This document shows positions 54,521 through 64,000 of a stretch of DNA of 64,000 bases, in pieces (the stretch's first letter is position 1; each line of letters starts with the position of its first letter). Both the position numbers and the translations under genes were made by a program. Source of the DNA: Welwitschia mirabilis (Eukaryota); assembly GCA_051453625.1 (NCBI GenBank), contig JBOZIK010000001.1:10422550-10486549 (forward strand), read 5' to 3'. Below the pieces are notes generated by a model. That model ran no database searches and was not told the origin of the DNA. It saw nothing but the letters and a program-made list of their open reading frames with translations.

Positions 54521-56992
54521 GATGGGAATTGTTGTGATTCATATCTGTGCAAATGTTACTTCCTCAAATAGATCTTGTAAATCATAAATATATATAGATT
54601 TTAAATAACACAACATACTATTATAGATTAGAGTAACTCAAATGTAATATTTGAATTAAAGGCTTAGGGGAGAAGAAAGAAAATTAATTTTACAAATGAA
54701 ATACTATATTCTCAAAGTAAAATAAAATAACAATGTAAATAAAATGCAAGTCTAAAATAAATGTAACTTCTGTTCAATTACCAAATTAACCTGTCATAGA
54801 GATCGACTTTGTATAATCTAGATCAATCAAAAAAAGCTGTCATCGGATCAAAACCAACTTAAGATATTAAGTACATTTAATAGAATATGAAAATAATGAA
54901 AAGTTAATCTAGAAAATGAAATGCAATGNNNNNNNNNNNNNNNNNNNNNNNNNNNNNNNNNNNNNNNNNNNNNNNNNNNNNNNNNNNNNNNNNNNNNNNN
55001 NNNNNNNNNNNNNNNNNNNNNNNNNNNNAATCAAAACATCTATTGGTTTTGTATACTATCTTATAATCTCCTACTTAGTCTTTTCCTTTTGAGGTTTTAT
55101 GTGATGTAAGGAATTTTACAACACGAGCAGCCATAGGTGGATGAAATGATGGGAATTGTTGTGATGTATATCTGTGCAAATGTTACGTCCTCAAATTGAT
55201 CTTGTAAATCATAAATATATATAGATTTTACATAGCATAACATACTAATATAGATGAGAATAACTCAAATGTCATATTTTCATTAAAGGCTTAGGGGAGA
55301 AGAAAGAGAATTAATTTCACAAATGAAATACTATATTCTCAAAGTAAAATAAGATAACAATGCAAATAAAATGCAAGTCTAAACTAAATGTAACTTCTGT
55401 TCAATTACCAAATTAACCTGTCATAGAGATCGACTCTGTATAATCTAGATCAATCAAAAAAAGCTGTCATCAGATCAAAACCAACTTAAGATATTAAGTA
55501 CATTTAATAGAATACGAAAATAATGTAAAGTTAATTTAGGAAATGAAATGCAATGCACCTAAACTAACAATGTCAACCTTAACANNNNNNNNNNNNNNNN
55601 NNNNNNNNNNNNNNNNNNNNNNNNNNNNNNNNNNNNNNNNNNNNNNNNNNNNNNNNNNNNNNNNNNNNNNNNNNNNNNNNNNNNATCTATAAAATGAAAT
55701 GCAATGCACCTAAACTAACAATGTCAACCTTAACAAAGGTTTCCCTCATGATATATATCACTAAAGAAATTGTCACAGAATCAAAGACAACATAAACCAT
55801 AAGGGAGATGCATAAAATAAAACATATAAAAAGCAAAATAAAGTTCTAATTAAAAGTGATCCAGCATCTGTGTTACAAAGCAGCGGCATCTCAATGAAGG
55901 ATACACAGCCTGATACCAAGGAAGATGTCTCTCTCTAATAACAATGGATGAACCTACAACCCTTTAATCTCTTGTCATGAGAATTTCCAGTGCAAACGAA
56001 AAGATAAACAGAGTCGAAGACAAAGGAATTATTTATTACAAATAGATTCTAAAATCAGAAAAGGCTAATAGACATGTAAATAATCTTAACAACTATACAA
56101 GAAAGTTAAATGACCAGAGTTTAATGAAGTTTAGTTAATAATTTATCTCAGGTATCATTCTGTTGGTTATTTGAACATCATAGGAGATGATGCCACATCA
56201 TATAAGTTCCACATTAGCTAACAGATTTGGTCTAGTAAGCATCCCTCTTTACTTAAGTGTTTCTATTGTCTGTACCATTGTATGGATGATGAAGTGAATG
56301 ATAGGGTTTTTTGAACTATTCCATGTGTTGTATGGGTCCTTTTGTTTACAAGATTATTACTTCAAATAGGAAGTATTGTAAATTTAATGAAACACTATAA
56401 AATATAATGAAGATCGCATGTTTTCATGACATTCGCTTTAGTTCTCCATTATCATCAAAATTCAGAATAGACTTATCTAATATCCTACAAAACTACTTAA
56501 AATACCCTATCAAATACATATAGTTTGATAGTGCAACATAGCCATCCCCTTAGTATTATACTTTTCTAACAAAACTAGGTGAACCACCATGATTTTGAGC
56601 CAAATTGTCTAATAACAAATCAATTAAAGACTATTAAATAAACTCAGAAAGATTTTCGAAAATCTTAGAATATGAACACAAAACTCAAAAAATAGATAAT
56701 TGAATTTTTTTACTTGTGCAATTTAATTTGGTTGTACTATTATCCAAGAAGTAATTCAAACTATGTAGGGGATAATAGGCTAAAAAACTATTCTTAAAAG
56801 ATAGAAGCCTATGAAATTTTTTCCCAGAAAGGTAGGCATTATATATATATTATAGCCCTTCATTAAAATNNNNNNNNNNNNNNNNNNNNNNNNNNNNNNN
56901 NNNNNNNNNNNNNNNNNNNNNNNNNNNNNNNNNNNNNNNNNNNNNNNNNNNNNNNNNNNNNNNNNNNNNNNNNNNNNNNNNNNNNNNNNNNN

Positions 56993-57056
<64 letters not shown>

Positions 57057-57062
57057 ACACAC
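56993..57062. repeat. (AC)n microsatellite
   Basis: Long AC run next to a gap. Confidence 0.95.
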
Positions 57063-57639
57063 AAACACATGGAGGGAAAGGTACAAAAATACAATAATAA
57101 ATAGTCACTCCTCTTATTTGATTATAATAAATTCCCGATGAATGGTAGGCTCAAGTGTAGGAGGAGAAGAGGGAAAATGCTTAGAATCTATTAGGGAAAT
57201 GATGGTCAAGTGATATAATAATAGTCTACATCATCTCGTCTCCTTGTACTCGAACTATCTCTAGGAGATCCACCATCACACTCTACTCTATCTATAGGAT
57301 GTGCTATCACACATCTGCTAGTTACTTCTTAGTGTACTATACTTTCCTCTTAATCATATAGATCATATGCTTTAATGAAGAGATGTTTCGATCTATAGTT
57401 ACTTTGATAGTCTTAGTACTCTTCATCGAAAGGGTCTAAATCTATTTTAGTGAAGTGCAAACCATAAGTCTTTGAACCTGAGTACTCTTTACCTCTTCTA
57501 GTACCTAGATGCCCATGTGTTATAGGTCATAAGTTGAAGTCTATATGTGCATGAATTACTACTCACCTATAGGCTCTGATATACCAAAGCGTCTAAACAT
57601 GACTGAGAGGAGGTACAAATATCCTAAAGTCTGAAGTTG

Positions 57640-58100
57640 TCATGCCTCTACCATAGACTTAAATCTCCTCCATATGAATGTGGGTAAGTCCATCTGCTCA
57701 TCCTGCCTAAACACTATCAAAATTTGTAGATGTACCACCATGGCATAACTCTCATGAAAATATGGGATGATGTTGTGAATTAGCTCTCTATGCAAAATTT
57801 GATAAGTAAGAGTCAACTGTGTCACCAAAATGCCCCTTTTATCTAGAGTTAGATCTACTAGTATATCTAGTGCTGCATTGTATGTATGGCACTCCTCTGT
57901 CTCATTAGGTAAATATATATGAATGATCCCAATATGACCAAGATTAGTCACTGTCATAATGTAGCTTGGAAGGATGATGACCTCATGGCTCCAAATCGTA
58001 GCTATAATCATACCCATTAACTGGTCATAGGTATCAGGACAATGCTCTATATGTAACATGTCATAAAACTCCCTAGTCTCTAATACATAATATGCCTCCT
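57640..58100 (-). pseudogene. Remnant of the Athila-type extra ORF downstream of pol
   Basis: TREFYDML (LVREFY.N-like), YQILHRELIHNIIP and MDLPTFIWRRFK. Same strand as integrase and ~2.5 kb downstream of it. Confidence 0.65.
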
Positions 58101-60599
58101 ATGTGTCTAAGACTTACTGAAGCTATAAATCTATTAATTGTTGATTCACCTCATACTTAACATAGCTCATAAAATCATCAAATACCTCTTGACACAAATG
58201 CTCATGGTTTAGATAGTTAATTATCTAGCATGTTGAGGTGGATGATGGATTAGCTCTGCTTACTTAATCTCAGGTAATCCTAATGGACCCACTTTCTACT
58301 CAACAGCCCCAGCCTCAGCTTGACCTATCTAGCTCTACATGTGCATGGCCTACTCAATTATAAATACATAATACCACTTGAGATCAGGTAAATATAATAA
58401 AATACATTGGCGGATGCTCAAAACAATGTGTAAAAATTATGAAAATATGTCTTGTCCCACCCCCACTCCCTTTCTCAAAAGTATCAATATATCTTATATT
58501 GTCTAATTATGCAAAGAAAAACTCGAAATGATTGAAAAAGTTGAAACGTGTATTTTAGGTGGGCCTTACATAAAATGAAAAACGAAAGTACTTAAATAAA
58601 AAATATAGCTCACTAGAAATGTAGAGCACCTCATACTGATCAATTATCCCTAAAGGTTCACTATGTTTCAACTTACAGTTTATAGGAGAATGAAGTTTAA
58701 AGTGAAAAACCTAATTTTATCTTGTAAAACATACAATTCATTATAACTTTTAAAAGACACTGTGAAAATCATATCTATAAGTTCCTAATTGAAGAGCTCA
58801 AAAAACTAAACAACATATGTGAAAATTATACGTTGAAAGGCTATAAAATGAAAGAAAAAATTCAAAAAAAAAGAGGAAAAAAATACTTCATTTTAGAGAA
58901 TTTACTAAAATCTAAAAATATGAGGGATGACTTTGATTGGGGTAAGTTCTAGCATGTTGGTAGGAACTAGGGACATATCGTCTCTTAAGAGAATGCGAAA
59001 AACTTATAGAGAATAGAAGAAAAACAAGGAAAAAGAAGCTACACTATGATTTTATTGTACTATTGTCTGATCCCATTATCCAAACCATAGCCCTAGGATG
59101 ATTTTTAAAAAAAATACTAATGTTTTTCCTAGTGTTGTCTCGATGACTAGGTGGAAGATGGAATTTAAATAATTTCAAAAAATTTGAGATGTCAGCTAGA
59201 CAAGTTAGGCTCAAATATCATCATGAAGGTATCAAAATGTATTAGAAAGCTCAAAAAATTAGGAATGGTGAAAAGTCACAATAAATGCAAATGAGGAGGA
59301 AAATACAAAAGGATTGAAAGATAGGACAATGAAAAATGCACTAAGTAGGATGAAAACTTGTCAAAAAAAACTAAACAAATGTGTCCAAATCAAAAATAAT
59401 CTTAAAAACATATAGAACTCCAAAAGACTCAAATGAAAGTCATAAAAATTATGAATAATATGATATGATTGTCTAATAAAAATGCTAAAAGAAAAACAAC
59501 TAGTTAATAAAAGAAATGACATGAATAACAATAAGGAAAATACTAAACGATGAGATTCTAGATGTGGATAAAAAAGTATGAAAATGACTTTAAAATAACA
59601 AAATTAAAAAATGAAAGAAAAGCATCATGAAAATAGACATAAGGAACATAAAAGAGATAGCTTACCTATCCTAAATTCTAACCTAGCAGACTCCCTTGGA
59701 AGATATCATAAAGTCACCTGAGTAAAAATGCATGACAAAACATATTGACTTCATAAAGTTTTATTAGATAAGGGAATTATAATGATAATACCAAAGATCA
59801 AATGCTTAGAACAATGAATAATAAGATCAAAAGTTGCTCAGAAATAAATCTACCTACTCATACCTTAATACGAACACTAATCCTCAAAAGTGAAATGATC
59901 ATTTGGGAATAATAGAAGTCTAAGAAATAAGAAATGTGAAATGAGAAATGCCTTTGATGATACTAGGAACACCACTGATCCTATAGCAAAGCTTTATTAC
60001 TACTTTTCATGATAATAGAAGTGCAACCATAGTCAAAAAAGTAGGGACCCATGAAACATGGCCAACTAACCTCCTAGTGAAGTTCCCACAACTACCAACA
60101 CTGCCAAAGGTTTCTTTTAGAAAAATTTACCCTAGTGTGGTAGGACATCATAGTGATCATGTATTTTAGTATAGATACAATAGATCATGGTGATTATTCC
60201 TTTTTTTGTTTTGACATAAATAATTTCCACATGATCACACACTCAAAATGACGAAGGTGGATAAGTGAGATGAAAGACCAAAAAGAATACATCCAAACAA
60301 TCAAAGATCTTACACCATTAAAAAAAAGCAAAATAACAAAGGCATCTTCCTTTAAAATAAAGTTCATAGACATGTGAATGTATTAAGATTAGGTGAATCT
60401 AATCTTATCACTATAAAAATGCTCAAGTACAAATACTAGTCATGGAATCTTCATAAAGCAAATAAATAAGTCAAGTTTAAAAGATGATAAAGTGACATCA
60501 TAACATCCACTAAAGGAATAAGCTAAGAGAGCATTTAGATAATGATGGAGTGGAAGTTATCCTTATTAAGAGGAACCCATAAAATAATTACTTCTATCA

Positions 60600-63500
60600 T
60601 GTTCAAGGTTGCATCGAAATATTTTTCATATATTTTTAACATTTTTTCATTAACTTTCTGAATCTCTTTATTTTCTAAGTCATAAATCTTAATAGAGTCA
60701 TTAGAATGTACTTTCTCTATAAGATAAGGACCTAACCATTTAAAGGTTAACTTATTGTGTAAAAGATGTACTGTAGTATTATATAAAAGGAAAAGTTAAC
60801 CTGCTTCAAACTTTTTATGAAGTAACTTTCTATCATGTTTGAACTTAGCTTCAGATTTATAAATTAGTTGACAATGTATAGCATGAGTATGTTTTTCATC
60901 TAGATAACCAAGTTAGGGTAATATATATTTAATATTCTCATGAAGCTCTATAAGATTAATTTAATAAGAAAAATGATAAGAGTTATAACACACATGAACA
61001 GGTAAAACAAAAACTTTTTTGTATACAAGTTCATAAGGTGAAAAACTAAGAGAATTATGCTAGGTAGTACGATACCTGAAGAACATTATTAAGCTTATAA
61101 ATCCAAGAATTCTTTTAATATAGATAAGTTTTTATAGCATTTTCTTTATTTCTCNNNNNNNNNNNNNNNNNNNNNNNNNNNNNNNNNNNNNNNNNNNNNN
61201 NNNNNNNNNNNNNNNNNNNNNNNNNNNNNNNNNNNNNNNNNNNNNNNNNNNNNNAATCCAAGAATTCTTTTAATAGAGATAAGTTTTTGTAGCATTTTCT
61301 TTATTTCTCTATTTGCATTTTCTGCTTGACTATTGGTTCATGGATGATAAGGACAAGCTACTCTATGTTCAATGCCAATGGATAAAAGAAGTTTCCTAAA
61401 AGGTTTATTAATAAGATGGGTTTCTTAATAAATAATAGTAATCCTAAGAAAACCAAAACATTGAAAAATATAAGTTCTAAGAAAAGTAGAAATAGTTTTA
61501 TCATCATTCATGGAAGTCGAAATAGCATCACCTCATTTAGTAACATAATTAACAACCACTTAAATGTAATTCTTATCATTGGTAGGTTGTTTAATAGGGC
61601 TTATAAAATCAATTACCTAATCATCAAAAGGTTCATTTTCAAGAATAGGTTTAAGGAACATCTCCTGAGAATGAATAAGACTACCATAACGTTGATAGGT
61701 ATCACACCTTCTAGTAAAAGTAAAGGAGTCTTAAAAAAGACTAGGCTAAGAAAAATTAGAGTGAAATATTTTCATAGCTATTTTTTATCCACTAAAATGA
61801 GCTCCATAAACACCACCATGGAAAAGATATAGGATGTCAGATTTTTCCCATTTAGGCACATATTTTCTCATGATTTGGTCTTTGCACCTATGCTAAAGAC
61901 GTGGTTTTATCCATTCATAATCACCTATTCTATGGAGAAAGGATTTTCATTGATTATGAGTGTAATGTTATGGATTTTTTATGGTAACAAGATAATTAAC
62001 AATATCAGCATACCAAGGAGAAGGATGAGTAAAAGATACGGTAAAATGTTGTTTATCTAGAAAATAATCATTAATTATAAGATCATCAAGAGAAGAAAAC
62101 AGACATGAAAAATGATCTGCTATACTATGATGCTTTCCTACCTTATTACTGATATCCAACTTAAATTCTTGCATGAGGAGGATCCATCTAATAAGTCTAA
62201 CACTAGAATATTTCTTGGTCATGAGGTATCTAATTGCTACATAGTCAGTATGAGGAGGATCTATCTAATAAGTCTAACACTAGAATCTTTCTTGGTTACG
62301 AGGTATCTAATTGCTACATATTCAGTATAAACATTTGTATAAAAGCCTAAAAGATAATGTCTAAGCGTATCAAGGTATAATATTATTGCTAATATTTCTT
62401 TTTCAGTAGTAGTATGATTCATTTGAGCTTTAGATAAACTTTTACTATGATAAGATATAACCTTAAAATCATTTTCATGTTTTTATCTAAACATTCCACC
62501 TATGATAATCTTACTAGCATAACACATTAACTCAAGATATTTATTCCAATCGGTCATGTTNNNNNNNNNNNNNNNNNNNNNNNNNNNNNNNNNNNNNNNN
62601 NNNNNNNNNNNNNNNNNNNNNNNNNNNNNNNNNNNNNNNNNNNNNNNNNNNNNNNNNNNNTATGAGTCTAATGTTATGGAGTTTTTATGGTAACAAGATA
62701 ATTAACAATATCAACATACCAAGGAGAAGGATGAGTAAAAGATACAGCAAAATGTTGTTTATCTAGAAAAGAATCATTAATTATAAGATCATCAAGAGAA
62801 GAAAAAAGATATGAAAAATGATCTGCTATACTATTATGCTTTCCTACCTTATCAATGATATCCAACTTAAATTCTTGCATGAGGAGGATCCATCTAATAA
62901 GTCTAACACTAGAATCTTTCTTGGTCACAAGGTATCTAATTGCTACATAGTCAGTATGAGGAGGATCCATCTAATAAGTCTAACACTAGAATCTTTCTTG
63001 GTCACGAGGTATCTAATTACTACATATTCAGTATAAACATTTGTACAAAAGCCTAAAAGATAATGTCTAAGTGTATCAAGGTATAATATTATTGCTAATA
63101 TTTCTTTTTCAGTAGTAGTATGATTTATTTGAGCTTTAGACAAAGTTTTACTATGATAAGATATAACCTTAAAATCATTTTCATATTTTTATCTAAACAT
63201 TCCACCTATGATAATCTTACTAGTATAACACATTAACTCAAAATATTTATTCCAATTGGTCGTGTTACAATATATGAGGAAGAGATTTTATCTTTAAGTG
63301 TTTCAAAAGCAAGCTAACAAGATTTATTCTAATCAAATTTATCTTCTTTTTCAAGTAACAGGTAAAGGGGTTTATAAATTTTCACATAATCCTGAATAAA
63401 ATGATGATAAAAATCATAATAACTAAGGAAAGATTGAACTTGTTTTACATTTACTAGAGGAGTTAGGTTTTTAATGTTACTGACTTTTTCAGGGTTCATC

Positions 63501-64000
63501 CTAGTTCCTTTATTAAAAATATGGTGATCTAATACAATTCCATTATCAATTAAAATTAAAATCTTCTTCCAACTCAAATGTAGATCACTCTTGATATCTA
63601 TCAAGGACTTTCTCTAATCTTTCTAAGATTTGTTCAAAGTTTTCATCATAGATTGAGAAGTCATCTATAAAAATTTCAATTGAATCCTATAACATATCAA
63701 AAAAGATACCTATCATTTCATGTTAAAAAGTACCAAGAGAATTAAAAAGTCCAAAAAGCATGTGTCTAAAGGCAAAAGTTCTAAAAGGTGAAGTAAAAGT
63801 AGTATTAGCCTAATCCTTAATAGCAATACAAACCTAATTGTAACCACTATGTCCATCAAGAAAACCACTATGTCCATTAAGAAAATAATAAAAAGCCTAT
63901 CCTTGAATTATATTAAGTATTAGATTAAGAAAAGGTAAAGGATAATGGTCTTTCTTGGTTACTTTACTTACTTTTCAAAAATTGATACACATTCTTCATT
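60600..64000 (-). mobile_element. Decayed Athila-like Gypsy pol (RT-RNase H-integrase), running off the window end
   Basis: RMCIN, KKDHYPLPF, FLDGHSGYN, TTFTSPFRTFAFRHMLFGL, EIFIDDFS (RT). AQINHTTTEKEILAI and RLIRWILLMQEF (RNase H). PWYADIVNYL, VACPYHP*TNSQAE and KWLGPY (integrase). Gypsy domain order. Confidence 0.95.

Noticed and set aside
54545-56540. Possible 3' LTR of the minus-strand Athila element
   Set aside because: The position fits, but I could not fix the termini, PPT or TSD with confidence.
924-57108. Long ORFs in the track made mostly of X
   Set aside because: Artefacts of translating N gaps and adjacent microsatellites.

Overview
This is AT-rich, gap-ridden nuclear DNA from a draft assembly of a large-genome land plant. 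The plant assignment is inferred from Athila/Tekay-type Gypsy elements, L1-type LINEs, hAT elements and strong CG/CHG depletion; the species cannot be identified. I can support one host gene: a small two-exon minus-strand gene (13859-13611 + 8093-8076, 88 aa) encoding a mitochondrial F1Fo-ATPase inhibitor (IF1)-like protein. Its 5.5-kb intron holds a decayed L1 LINE. The rest is nested, mostly decayed transposons: a non-autonomous hAT with an 8-bp TSD, an intron-containing hAT transposase pseudogene, a 5'-truncated LINE with a 13-bp TSD, a solo LTR with a 5-bp TSD, and two Athila-like Gypsy elements. One unusual non-coding LTR element has ~5-kb LTRs around only ~110 bp of internal sequence. 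The most striking signal is a ~600-bp segment of its 5' LTR that kept its CpGs (21 by my count) while the sister LTR lost nearly all (1). Most N-gaps are flanked by slightly diverged duplicates, probably uncollapsed haplotypes. I found no rRNA, tRNA or CRISPR features and no convincing novel multi-gene system.
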